Shown: positions 29,307-37,901 of the stretch, one piece after another
Numbering within the stretch: the stretch's first letter is position 1
Layout of the letters: every line of letters begins with the position of its first letter
From: an uncultured Clostridiaceae bacterium
Lineage (GTDB): Bacteria > Bacillota > Clostridia > Lachnospirales > Lachnospiraceae
DNA: 64,000 bases
Assembly (NCBI GenBank): GCA_937890595.1
Contig: CALADM010000014.1
Span: 15,082 to 79,081 of the forward strand
Reading direction: 5' to 3'
The notes under the pieces: generated by a model
What the model saw: only the letters and a program-made list of their open reading frames with translations
Databases searched by the model: none
What the model was told of the DNA's origin: nothing
Program-made: the position numbers and the translations under genes

Positions 29307-30641
29307 ATGGAAGAGGCTTTGATCAAAAGAATATTGCCTCATAGTCTGGAGGCAGAACAGTCTGTGATCGGTTCCATGCTGCTTGATAAGGCTGCAATCG
29401 TCACAGCATCTGAGATGCTTATGGGGGATGATTTTTACCAGCACCAATATGGTGTGATCTTTGAGACAATGGTAGAATTGTATAATGAAGGAAAACCGGT
29501 TGACCTTGTAACACTTCAGAATCGTTTGAAAGAGAAAGATGTGCCGCCTGAGATCAGCAGTCTTGAGTTCGTAAAAGATATCATGTCAACAGTCCCAACA
29601 TCAGCCAATGTACGTTATTATGCGGCTATCGTGAGAGATAAAGCAATTCTGCGTCGTTTGATTCGGGTGAATGAGGAGATTGCTAATGCTTGTTATGCGG
29701 GAAAAGAAAAAACGGAAGACATTTTAGCTCAAACAGAAAAAAAGATTTTTGATCTTTTGCAGAACCGCAATTCAGGTGAATTCGTACCAATACGACAGGT
29801 TGCCATGAATGTATTGGAAAAGATCGAGATTGCCGCAAAAACAAAAAGTACAGTGACAGGAATCCCTACAGGATTTACAGATTTGGATTATAGGACTTCT
29901 GGTATGCAGCCTTCCGATTTTATCTTGATCGCAGCACGACCTTCTATGGGAAAAACAGCGTTCGTTTTAAATGTGGTACATCATGTTGCAGTGAAGAAAA
30001 AGCTGCCCTGTATGATCTTTAGTCTGGAGATGAGCAAAGAGCAGCTTGTCAACCGAATGCTTTCTATGGAATCTAAAGTAGATTCTCAAACTCTTCGAAC
30101 TGGAACATTAAGTGATTCTGATTGGGACAAGGTAGTTGAGGGAATCGGAGTAATCAGCAATTCCACACTTATGATCGATGATACCCCTGGAATTTCCATC
30201 ACAGAATTGCGCTCGAAATGTCGTAAGATGAAGCTGGAATATGGTCTTAGCCTAGTTATCATTGACTATTTGCAGTTGATGAGCGGAAGCGGGACGAAGA
30301 GCGGTGAGAACCGTCAGCAGGAGATCTCAGAGATTTCTCGTTCTTTGAAAGCTCTGGCGAGGGAATTGAATGCACCAGTGGTGGCTCTTTCTCAGCTGAG
30401 CCGTGCCTGTGAGACAAGAACAGACCATAGACCAATGCTTTCAGATCTTAGAGAATCTGGTGCAATTGAGCAGGATGCGGATGTGGTGATGTTTCTATAT
30501 CGTGATGATTATTATAACAAAGATACGGATAAACCCAATGTGGCAGAAGTCATTATAGCGAAGCAGAGAAATGGTCCGATTGGTACTGTAGAACTGGTAT
30601 GGCTGCCGAATTATACGAAATTTGCCAATATGGAGAAATAG
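29307..30641 (+). CDS. dnaB: Replicative DNA helicase
   Basis: PHSLEAEQSVIGSML N-terminus, Walker A ARPSMGKTAF, Walker B VIIDYLQLM, and ESGAIEQDADVV. Confidence 0.95.
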   Translation: MEEALIKRILPHSLEAEQSVIGSMLLDKAAIVTASEMLMGDDFYQHQYGVIFETMVELYNEGKPVDLVTLQNRLKEKDVPPEISSLEFVKDIMSTVPTSANVRYYAAIVRDKAILRRLIRVNEEIANACYAGKEKTEDILAQTEKKIFDLLQNRNSGEFVPIRQVAMNVLEKIEIAAKTKSTVTGIPTGFTDLDYRTSGMQPSDFILIAARPSMGKTAFVLNVVHHVAVKKKLPCMIFSLEMSKEQLVNRMLSMESKVDSQTLRTGTLSDSDWDKVVEGIGVISNSTLMIDDTPGISITELRSKCRKMKLEYGLSLVIIDYLQLMSGSGTKSGENRQQEISEISRSLKALARELNAPVVALSQLSRACETRTDHRPMLSDLRESGAIEQDADVVMFLYRDDYYNKDTDKPNVAEVIIAKQRNGPIGTVELVWLPNYTKFANMEK

Positions 30642-30761
30642 TATCATATTTTTCTCTGTGTCCACATATAGTATAGATAGATATGCCGCCATATGGCGGT
30701 ATGGTTATCTATGTAAAGAGATAGGAATACAATATTGTGGACTAAAGGAGAGGATTTTGCT

Positions 30762-31394
30762 ATGTCGGAAATACATTATCTGATATCAGATGCATCAAAG
30801 CAGGTTGATGTGGAAACCCATGTGTTAAGATATTGGGAGGAGGAATTGGAGATACCGATTCCTCGCAACGATATGGGGCATCGGTATTATACAGAGTTTC
30901 ATATTAAATTGTTTCAGCAGATCCGTGATCTGAAGGAGAAAGGATACCAGTTAAAGGCAATTAAAAGTGCATTGGACAGAATGATGGAAAACCACAGCGA
31001 CAGGCTGGAACCGGAGAAAACATTTGATGAGGAGATATCTACAGCTTTAAGTCAGGTAGACAAGCCGGATGAGGAACTTATTGCTGTGGAGAAGATGGAA
31101 GAGTTTCAGTCTATTATGAATCAGATCATAGGACATGCACTTAAAGAAAACAACGAAAGGCTTGGTCAGGTCATTGGGGCGGCTGTCACGGAAAAGGTGG
31201 CGGATGAGATGGCATATCAGATGAAGATTTTGGATGAACGACAGGAAGCAAGATATAGGCATTTGGATGACAGTATACGGGCATGTCAGAGAGAGGATAA
31301 GAGTAAAGCAGAAGCCGCAGCCTCTGCCTTAAAAATGCCGTTCTTTAAATTTAAAAAGAAAAAGTTTGCACGGAATGGCAAAAAGATCCAATAA
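30762..31394 (+). CDS. MerR family transcriptional regulator with a long helical, Lys-rich C-terminus
   Basis: An N-terminal wHTH (ISDASKQVDVETHVLRYWEEEL...GHRYYT) typical of the MerR family is present. SD AAAGGAGAGG. Confidence 0.8.
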   Translation: MSEIHYLISDASKQVDVETHVLRYWEEELEIPIPRNDMGHRYYTEFHIKLFQQIRDLKEKGYQLKAIKSALDRMMENHSDRLEPEKTFDEEISTALSQVDKPDEELIAVEKMEEFQSIMNQIIGHALKENNERLGQVIGAAVTEKVADEMAYQMKILDERQEARYRHLDDSIRACQREDKSKAEAAASALKMPFFKFKKKKFARNGKKIQ

Positions 31395-31409
31395 ATGAGA
31401 TACAGGAAG

Positions 31410-32129
31410 TTATTCAGCTTTGCGGCAGACATCAACAAACGCCGTAAAGATTTTGGATGCATCTTCATTGACTGGGAAGAGGTATTCTGGATGCCATTGT
31501 ACACCAAGAAGGAATGGATAGTCTGGCAGCTCTACTGCTTCTATAAGGTGGTTTGGGGCATATCCGCATACTTTAAGACCCGGAGCAAGATCTTTGATTG
31601 CCTGATGATGAAAGCTGTTCACTTCGATTTTTTGCTTTTTTATGATGTTTGATAAGAGGGTATCAGGAAGTACTTCAACAGTATGAGAAGTCACAGTTCC
31701 TTCAAACGGCTGATCATGGGCGATCGGGAATTCCTCTTTCCATTGACTTTTCAGGTCTTGATAGAGGGTGCCGCCAAGCCCTACATTGATGAGCTGGACG
31801 CCACGGCAGACACCTAAAATTGGTTTCTTTTGTTCCATGGCAACAGAAAGAAGTGTAAGTTCGAGTTCATCACGGATCAGAGATGCCTCTCCACAGGCAG
31901 CGTGGGTTTCTTCATGAAAACGGAATGGATGGATATCAGGACCTCCGATCAGAATGATCCCATCCATCTTTTCTACGATCGCAGCAAGATCTTCACGGCT
32001 TGCTTTGAGAGGAAGGACAAGGGGAATGCCTCCACCATGTGCTACAGCATCCAGATAAGTATAGCGCATGGCAAGATCATTGGTTTCTAAATTGTGTGAA
32101 GGGCATAAGCCAATGAATGGTTTTTTCAT
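31410..32129 (-). CDS. Class-I glutamine amidotransferase / peptidase C26 (gamma-glutamyl-GABA hydrolase family)
   Basis: Nucleophile elbow GVCRGVQLIN and HHQAI. The ATG at 32129 has an SD AAAGGA. Confidence 0.8.
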   Translation of the reverse strand: MKKPFIGLCPSHNLETNDLAMRYTYLDAVAHGGGIPLVLPLKASREDLAAIVEKMDGIILIGGPDIHPFRFHEETHAACGEASLIRDELELTLLSVAMEQKKPILGVCRGVQLINVGLGGTLYQDLKSQWKEEFPIAHDQPFEGTVTSHTVEVLPDTLLSNIIKKQKIEVNSFHHQAIKDLAPGLKVCGYAPNHLIEAVELPDYPFLLGVQWHPEYLFPVNEDASKIFTAFVDVCRKAE

Positions 32130-32202
32130 AAATAAGATCCTTTCGTTTGTTTTAGGCAAAAGCCGTTGTTATGAGTGGACAGTTACAGGCTTTCTTATGT
32201 AT

Positions 32203-32246
32203 TAAAAAAATGGCTTCCCCATATATTAGTCATATGGGGAAGCCAT
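32203..32246 (-). terminator. Rho-independent terminator ending the pfl-ferredoxin operon
   Basis: 14-bp stem TGGCTTCCCCATAT / ATATGGGGAAGCCA followed by a run of 7 U on the minus strand. Confidence 0.85.
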
Positions 32247-32262
32247 TATGCAACTGTCAGAA

Positions 32263-32433
32263 TTATTCCTGCTCAATAGAACCTGTTGGGCAAGTAGCTG
32301 CACAAGAACCGCACTCGATGCAAGTATCAGCGTCGATCACATATTTGCCGTCTCCCTCAGAGATAGCGCCAACTGGACATCCATCAGCACAAGCGCCGCA
32401 GGATACACATCCATCATTAATTACGTATGCCAT
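32263..32433 (-). CDS. 2x[4Fe-4S] clostridial-type ferredoxin (56 aa; not in the supplied ORF track)
   Basis: My translation: MAYVINDGCVSCGACADGCPVGAISEGDGKYVIDADTCIECGSCAATCPTGSIEQE. It has two CxxCxxCxxxCP motifs and an SD AAGGAGG upstream. Confidence 0.88.
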   Translation of the reverse strand: MAYVINDGCVSCGACADGCPVGAISEGDGKYVIDADTCIECGSCAATCPTGSIEQE

Positions 32434-32520
32434 AGTAAAATACCTCCTTATAGATTAAATAAATCATTGTTGTCCTTATTTTATACTATAATTCGCAAAT
32501 ATTCAAGTGGAAATTATAAA

Positions 32521-33285
32521 CTAAATTGGTTTCTTTTCGGTACAAGTATGCTCATCACGAATCCCAGAAAGAATGATCTTTTTTGCAGCAAGGGCATCCT
32601 CACGGGAAAGAGGTTTGAGCGATTCAAGCGGGTACGGGATACCAAGCTCATGGTATTTGGTCTTGCCCATATCATGGTAAGGAAGGACATCCAAGGCTTT
32701 CACATTGGAGAGTGTTCCGATAAAATGCCCAAGCTGGTAGAGCCAGTTTGGATCATCTGTGATCCCAGGGACTACAACATGTCTGATCCAGACAGGAATC
32801 TGTTTTTCGGACAGATAGCGGGCAAACGCAAGAATATTCTGGTTTGGCTGTGCTGTCAGTTTTTGATGCTCTGTTGGATCGATGTGTTTGATATCAAGCA
32901 TGACCAGATCGGTAACTGCGAGAAGGGCATCTACCTGCTCAATATTGGAAGGGCTGTCAGGATGAAACATGATACCAGATGTATCCAGACAGGTATGGAT
33001 ACCTTGTGCGTGGGCTTTTTCGAAAAGCTCTGTGACAAATGCCATCTGTACCATTGGCTCTCCGCCGGTGACAGTAAGACCACCGCTGCGGTAGAATGTC
33101 TTATTTCTTGCATATTGTTCCAGAATTTCATCCGTGGTCATCTCAGTTCCCCCATCAAACTGCCATGTATCAGGATTATGGCAGTACTGGCAGCGCATAG
33201 GACAGCCTTTGGTAAAGACAACCATACGGACTCCCGGTCCGTCAACGGTTCCGAAACTCTCGATAGAATGGATTTGACCCGTCAT
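32521..33285 (-). CDS. pflA: Pyruvate formate-lyase activating enzyme (radical SAM)
   Basis: N-terminal IHSIESFGTVDGPGVR and cluster motif CPMRCQYCHNPDTW. Confidence 0.92.
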   Translation of the reverse strand: MTGQIHSIESFGTVDGPGVRMVVFTKGCPMRCQYCHNPDTWQFDGGTEMTTDEILEQYARNKTFYRSGGLTVTGGEPMVQMAFVTELFEKAHAQGIHTCLDTSGIMFHPDSPSNIEQVDALLAVTDLVMLDIKHIDPTEHQKLTAQPNQNILAFARYLSEKQIPVWIRHVVVPGITDDPNWLYQLGHFIGTLSNVKALDVLPYHDMGKTKYHELGIPYPLESLKPLSREDALAAKKIILSGIRDEHTCTEKKPI

Positions 33286-33366
33286 GATGTTGATCGCTCC
33301 TTTGCTTTGATCAGATCGACCCAGTTAGGCTCGATTCTGTCTATAATAGTAGAATAAATAGTTTAA

Positions 33367-33391
33367 GTGCCTGACAAGGAATGTCAGGCAC
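33367..33391 (-). terminator. Hairpin between the glycyl-radical module gene and pflA (partial terminator or processing site)
   Basis: Perfect 10-bp stem GTGCCTGACA / TGTCAGGCAC with a 5-nt loop. Only a weak T-rich tract follows on the minus strand. Confidence 0.5.
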
Positions 33392-33493
33392 TATGGGGAA
33401 TTGCACTGCAGCGGTGAAAAAGATGCTGTCAAGATCAGCCCGTTGCAGGCATCAAGATTGTCCTTCAGGAAAGATTTCCTGTCAGCTCAAATT

Positions 33494-33736
33494 TTACAGA
33501 TTGTTGTGGAAAGTTCTGGAGATAACTTCATCCTGCTGCTCTTTTGTCAGTTTGATGAAGTTTACAGCGTAACCAGAAACACGAACGGTCAGCTGAGGAT
33601 ATTTCTCAGGATGTGCCTGTGCATCCAGAAGAGTTTCCTTTGTAAATACATTGACATTTAAGTGATGTCCGCCTTTTTCTGCATATCCGTCTAACAAGGA
33701 TACCAGGTTATCAATTTGATTTTCGCTAATAGACAT
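33494..33736 (-). CDS. Stand-alone glycyl-radical domain protein (GrcA/YfiD-like), corresponding to the missing C-terminus of the upstream pflB
   Basis: [17 protein letters not shown]...[35 protein letters not shown] carries the RVSGYAV glycyl-radical fingerprint. Own ATG with SD AAAGGAGG. Confidence 0.88.
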   Translation of the reverse strand: MSISENQIDNLVSLLDGYAEKGGHHLNVNVFTKETLLDAQAHPEKYPQLTVRVSGYAVNFIKLTKEQQDEVISRTFHNNL

Positions 33737-33754
33737 AATAAAGCCCTCCTTTAG

Positions 33755-34021
33755 TTAATCTTCGTGATGGTTATAATTGTAATCATCGTGCTGTTCTTCT
33801 GTATCTTCTGAAAGATCCATACCCTCAAAGAGAGTAGGAACTTTACATGCCATATCTCCGGCAGCACATTCCAGAGAATTGGTTGTCTGTACAGTCTTTT
33901 CGGCAGTAACTGTGCCGGAAGCATCGACTTGTATATTCATATGTCCGCCGTTGTTTGACATAAACTGATCAATCATGGCGACAATGTCATCAATTTTTTC
34001 TTCTTTGTTTTTATCTCCCAT
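33755..34021 (-). CDS. 88-aa hypothetical protein; the N-terminus is a paralog of the first part of the glycyl-radical module and the C-terminus is unrelated, Cys-containing and acidic
   Basis: The ATG at 34021 lies 8 nt after AAAGGAG. KIDDIVAMIDQFMSNNGGHMNIQV resembles [24 protein letters not shown], and shared DNA strings include AAATTGAT-AC and GGCGGACAT. There is no RVSGY motif. Confidence 0.6.
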   Translation of the reverse strand: MGDKNKEEKIDDIVAMIDQFMSNNGGHMNIQVDASGTVTAEKTVQTTNSLECAAGDMACKVPTLFEGMDLSEDTEEQHDDYNYNHHED

Positions 34022-34095
34022 ACGGCAGACTCCTTTCAGCGTCATTGACAAAGATACAAGGGGATCATTTAGATCCTGTTTTGTTTATATAGTTA

Positions 34096-36156
34096 TTATT
34101 TGTCGTTGTTGCTAAGATCCAGATCTAAGTCTACATCAAGATCTCCTGCAAATACTACATCATCTTTTCCAAGTGCGTTCGGGATGATGGAGAAAGTATT
34201 GGAGATACCATCCTGTGCGTCACGGAATGGCAGCTTGGAAACAGAAGATAAGGATGCAACTGCACCATGGCTGTCACGTCTGTGCATTGGGTTTGCACCT
34301 GGAGCGAATGGCTCGCCTGCTTTTCTTCCGTCTGGTGTAGAACCTGTATTCTTACCATATACAACGTTGGATGTGATGGTAAGGATAGAAGTAGTAGGTC
34401 TGCCGCCACGGTATGTGTGGTTTCCTCTTACATAGTTCATGAATGTGTGAACCAGCTCAGAAGCGATCTGATCTACACGGTCATCATCGTTTCCGTATTT
34501 CGGGAAATCACCTTCTACTTCGTAGTCTACAACGATACCGTTTTCATCACGGACTGTCTTAACCTTTGCGTATTTGATAGCAGACAGGGAGTCAGCTACT
34601 ACGGAAAGACCTGCAATACCGGTTGCGAACCAACGTGTGATCTCTTTGTCATGAAGAGCCATCTGGATTCTCTCATAGCAGTATTTGTCATGCATATAGT
34701 GGATGATGTTCAATGTGTTTACATAAACACGAGCCAGCCACTGCATCATATCTTTGTACTTATCCATTACTTCATCATAATCAAGATACTCAGAAGTGAT
34801 CGGACGGTACTTAGGACCAACCTGTTTCTTTGTGATCTCATCTACACCACCATTGATTGCGTAAAGGAGACATTTTGCAAGGTTTGCACGAGCGCCGAAG
34901 AACTGCATTTCTTTACCAAGTCTCATGGAAGATACACAGCATGCGATCGCATAGTCATCGCCATGTGTTACACGCATTAAGTCATCATTCTCGTACTGAA
35001 CGGAAGAGGACTCGATGGAAGTCTTAGCACAGAAACGTTTGAAGTTTTCCGGAAGTCTTGTGGACCAAAGAACAGTCAGGTTTGGCTCTGGAGCAGTTCC
35101 AAGGTTGGACAGTGTGTGCAGGTAACGGAAGGACATCTTTGTTACCATGTGACGACCGTCAATGCCGACACCACCGATAGACTCTGTAACCCAAGTTGGG
35201 TCTCCGGAGAACAGTGCATTGTATTCTGGAGTACGAGCAAATTTTACAAGTCTCAGCTTCATGATGAAGTGGTCTACGAACTCCTGGATCTGCTCCTCTG
35301 TAAATGTTCCGTTCTTTAAGTCACGCTCAGCATAGATGTCGATAAATGTGGAAGTACGTCCAAGGGACATTGCAGCACCATTCTGCTCTTTTACAGCTGC
35401 AAGGTATCCAAAATATGTCCACTGGATTGCTTCTTTTACGTTCTCAGCAGGTCTTCCGATATCATAACCGTAGATCTCACCCAGTTTCTTCAGTTCCTGA
35501 AGTGCGCGGATCTGCTCAGATAACTCTTCACGGTTTCTGATAACATCAGAATACATGATTGTACGAGTTGTATTCTTCTGCTCTGTCTTATCTTCGATCA
35601 GACGGTCAACACCGTACAGTGCGACACGACGGTAGTCGCCGATGATACGTCCACGACCATATGCATCCGGAAGTCCAGTGATGATGTGGCTGGAACGGCA
35701 AGCACGCATTTCTGGAGTATATGCATCAAATACACCAGCGTTGTGTGTCTTTCTATGAGTAGTGAAAAATTCAACGATCTCTGGGTCTACTTCATATCCG
35801 TTATCCTGACAAGCTTTTACTGCCATACGGATACCGCCATAAGGCTGCAGGGAACGCTTGAATGGTTTATCAGTCTGGAAACCAACGATGGTCTCTTTGT
35901 CTTTGTTTAAATAACCCGGTCCATGGGAAGTGATCGTGGAGATCACCTTGGTATCCATATCAAGGACGCCGCCTTTTTCACGCTCCTGTTTGGATAACTC
36001 CAGTACCTGGTTCCATAAATCTGTTGTATTCTGTGTGGGACCGACAAGGAAAGTGTCATCTCCGTCATATGGGGTATAGTTCTTCTGAATGAAGTCACGA
36101 ACATTGATTTCGCGCTCCCATACGCCGCCTTTAAAATTTGTCCATTCTGGTCTCAT
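34096..36156 (-). CDS. pflB: Formate C-acetyltransferase (pyruvate formate-lyase) core lacking the glycyl-radical domain
   Basis: The ATG at 36156 follows AGGAGGAGG. It is PFL-like throughout, including the catalytic CC ([10 protein letters not shown]). Homology ends at [14 protein letters not shown], then comes an unrelated tail [20 protein letters not shown] and TAATAA. Confidence 0.9.
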   Translation of the reverse strand: MRPEWTNFKGGVWEREINVRDFIQKNYTPYDGDDTFLVGPTQNTTDLWNQVLELSKQEREKGGVLDMDTKVISTITSHGPGYLNKDKETIVGFQTDKPFKRSLQPYGGIRMAVKACQDNGYEVDPEIVEFFTTHRKTHNAGVFDAYTPEMRACRSSHIITGLPDAYGRGRIIGDYRRVALYGVDRLIEDKTEQKNTTRTIMYSDVIRNREELSEQIRALQELKKLGEIYGYDIGRPAENVKEAIQWTYFGYLAAVKEQNGAAMSLGRTSTFIDIYAERDLKNGTFTEEQIQEFVDHFIMKLRLVKFARTPEYNALFSGDPTWVTESIGGVGIDGRHMVTKMSFRYLHTLSNLGTAPEPNLTVLWSTRLPENFKRFCAKTSIESSSVQYENDDLMRVTHGDDYAIACCVSSMRLGKEMQFFGARANLAKCLLYAINGGVDEITKKQVGPKYRPITSEYLDYDEVMDKYKDMMQWLARVYVNTLNIIHYMHDKYCYERIQMALHDKEITRWFATGIAGLSVVADSLSAIKYAKVKTVRDENGIVVDYEVEGDFPKYGNDDDRVDQIASELVHTFMNYVRGNHTYRGGRPTTSILTITSNVVYGKNTGSTPDGRKAGEPFAPGANPMHRRDSHGAVASLSSVSKLPFRDAQDGISNTFSIIPNALGKDDVVFAGDLDVDLDLDLSNNDK

Positions 36157-36220
36157 GGGGTAAATCCTCCTCCTATTGTTCTCTATTTTGTAGTATGGTT
36201 TAAGAGTTAAATACAGAGTT

Positions 36221-36249
36221 ATTATAATTGGATATTGTATACACGTCAA
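36221..36249 (-). promoter_or_regulatory. Candidate sigma-A promoter of pflB
   Basis: On the minus strand: TTGACG, 17-nt spacer, TATAAT. The -35 overlaps one arm of the inverted repeat GTCAAGAA-N17-TTCTTGAC (36245-36277). Confidence 0.6.
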
Positions 36250-36471
36250 GAAGGTCTGACGAAAATTTTTTCTTGACTGATTATCTGTATTATAATAGAA
36301 TATTTCCATCAAGTCTGTTAGATATACAACAAAAAAGAAGAAAAATTGTTTTTTTTAATATACAAAAAGGAACAATATAGAGAATAGTACAGATTTTTTG
36401 CTTTCTGATTGGACTTTTTGTGTTATAAGTTTCGGTTGGAAGGCTCTTTAAGGAAGAGGGAAAGAGAAAAA

Positions 36472-37140
36472 ATGAGAGATTATTTACTTCAGTTGAGAAA
36501 TTCACCTATTTTTACAGGAATGCAGGAAGAGGAGATATTACATACATTAGAATGTCAAAGACCTCAGATATTAAAATATGAGAAGGGGGACTACATTTTC
36601 AGGGAGGGTGAGAAATTACAAAAGTTTGGTCTGATCCTTTTGGGAAGTGTATATATTGTAAAGGAAGATATCTGGGGAAACCGTACCATTTTGGCAAAGA
36701 TGGAGGAGGGACAGCCTTTTGGTGAAAGTTTTGCTTTTATGAATAAAGAGACATTATCTTTTGGAGTGATCGCTTCTGAGAAAACGGTTGTCGCATTTTT
36801 GAATGTAAAGAATATTTTGGGGGTTTGTTCCAAGGCATGTTTCAGCCATACACAGTTGATCCACAATCTGCTCCAAGTGATGGCAGAGGCAAATCAGGTA
36901 TTGATGAAGAAGATTGAACATACCTCCCAAAAGACAACAAGGAATAAATTGCTTTCGTATCTGTCTGATGAGTCAAAACGGCAGAAGAGCCTCAAGTTTG
37001 AGATCCCATTTAACAGACAGCAGCTTGCAGAATATCTGAATGTGGACAGGAGTGCAATGTCAGTGGAACTGAGTAAATTGCGTGATGAGGGAATTCTGAA
37101 ATTTGAGCGTAATTCTTTTACTATTTTGGATACCTTATAG
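36472..37140 (+). CDS. Crp/Fnr family transcriptional regulator
   Basis: cNMP-binding-like beta-roll N-domain and a C-terminal HTH (RQQLAEYLNVDRSAMSVELSKLRDEGIL). It lies divergent from pflB. Confidence 0.85.
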   Translation: MRDYLLQLRNSPIFTGMQEEEILHTLECQRPQILKYEKGDYIFREGEKLQKFGLILLGSVYIVKEDIWGNRTILAKMEEGQPFGESFAFMNKETLSFGVIASEKTVVAFLNVKNILGVCSKACFSHTQLIHNLLQVMAEANQVLMKKIEHTSQKTTRNKLLSYLSDESKRQKSLKFEIPFNRQQLAEYLNVDRSAMSVELSKLRDEGILKFERNSFTILDTL

Positions 37141-37295
37141 TATGAGTGAGAATATAGAGAAGAGTTGATTTTTTGGTATGGAAAAATGTTGTTTCTACAA
37201 GGAATGTATGAGCTTTTTGGAGAAAGGAAATACTTGCAGGTGAAGTAGAAATATGTTAAAATCAAGGAATGTAGCAACCAAAGGAGGAAAATAAA

Positions 37296-37496
37296 ATGCA
37301 GATTAATAAAGATATGCTGATCGGTGATCTGGTTCGTTTGGATGAGGGAATTGCACCTATTCTGATGAGAGTGGGAATGCATTGTTTAGGATGCCCATCC
37401 GCACAGATGGAGTCTCTGGAAGAGGCTTGCATGGTACACGGACTGGATGTGAATACAGTAGTAGATTCTGTGAATGAGTATCTTGCAAATAAGTAA
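37296..37496 (+). CDS. DUF1858 (hybrid-cluster-protein-associated redox disulfide) small protein
   Basis: The GMHCLGCPSAQMESLEEAC..HG pattern is typical of this family. Confidence 0.7.
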   Translation: MQINKDMLIGDLVRLDEGIAPILMRVGMHCLGCPSAQMESLEEACMVHGLDVNTVVDSVNEYLANK

Positions 37497-37504
37497 GAAA
37501 CAGT

Positions 37505-37567
37505 GGAGGAAGCTTGTGATATGATCCTCTCCTAGAGGAGATAGCTGTGGCTTCCTCCTATTTTTTG
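37505..37567 (+). terminator. Rho-independent terminator
   Basis: GGAGGAAGC / GCTTCCTCC outer stem with an inner hairpin, followed by TATTTTTTG. Confidence 0.8.
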
Positions 37568-37688
37568 CATTTTTTAAGAATTATAATGAAAAATAAACTT
37601 AAAATTTAGTGAAAATTTAGATATGATAGAGATAATTAAAAGAAATTATTTATAGTAAAGAAATAGTATCTGTAGATTATTATTTTTC

Positions 37689-37717
37689 TTGATAAAATTT
37701 CTCTCAATAACTATATA
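37689..37717 (+). promoter_or_regulatory. Candidate sigma-A promoter driving the purine riboswitch
   Basis: TTGATA, 17-nt spacer, TATATA, ending ~15 nt before the riboswitch P1. Confidence 0.5.
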
Positions 37718-37732
37718 AATAAAAAAGCACTA

Positions 37733-37803
37733 TAAGAGTTATATAAGCCTGAGATTGGTCAGGCGTATCTACCAACTACCGGAATAGTTGTCTATAAGTC
37801 TCT
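37733..37803 (+). promoter_or_regulatory. Purine riboswitch aptamer, guanine/hypoxanthine/xanthine type (C at the specificity position)
   Basis: Folded by hand. P1 UUAUA/UAUAA plus GAG/CUC extension; J1/2 UAA; P2 GCCUGA/UCAGGC with L2 containing UUGG; J2/3 GUAUCUACC (consensus ..UUUCUACC); P3 AACUA/UAGUU with L3 containing CCGG (GG-CC loop kissing possible). A C sits immediately 5' of the 3' P1 strand (..UUGU-C-UAUAA). Confidence 0.8.
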
Positions 37804-37901
37804 TTGGCACCAAAGGGATAAGACTGTTCAGGTGTTTTTTTATTTTGAGAGAAGAACTGTTAAATATAAAGGCATTTTGGTTTAAGAAAGAAGGGGTAGG
37901 A

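Noticed and set aside
32248-33357. 369-aa plus-strand ORF (and 32171..32458) overlapping pflA and the ferredoxin gene
   Set aside because: It is an antisense shadow ORF. The minus strand here encodes proteins with unmistakable motifs (radical-SAM CxxxCxxC PflA; CxxCxxCxxxCP ferredoxin). The plus-strand product has no recognisable features and no SD.
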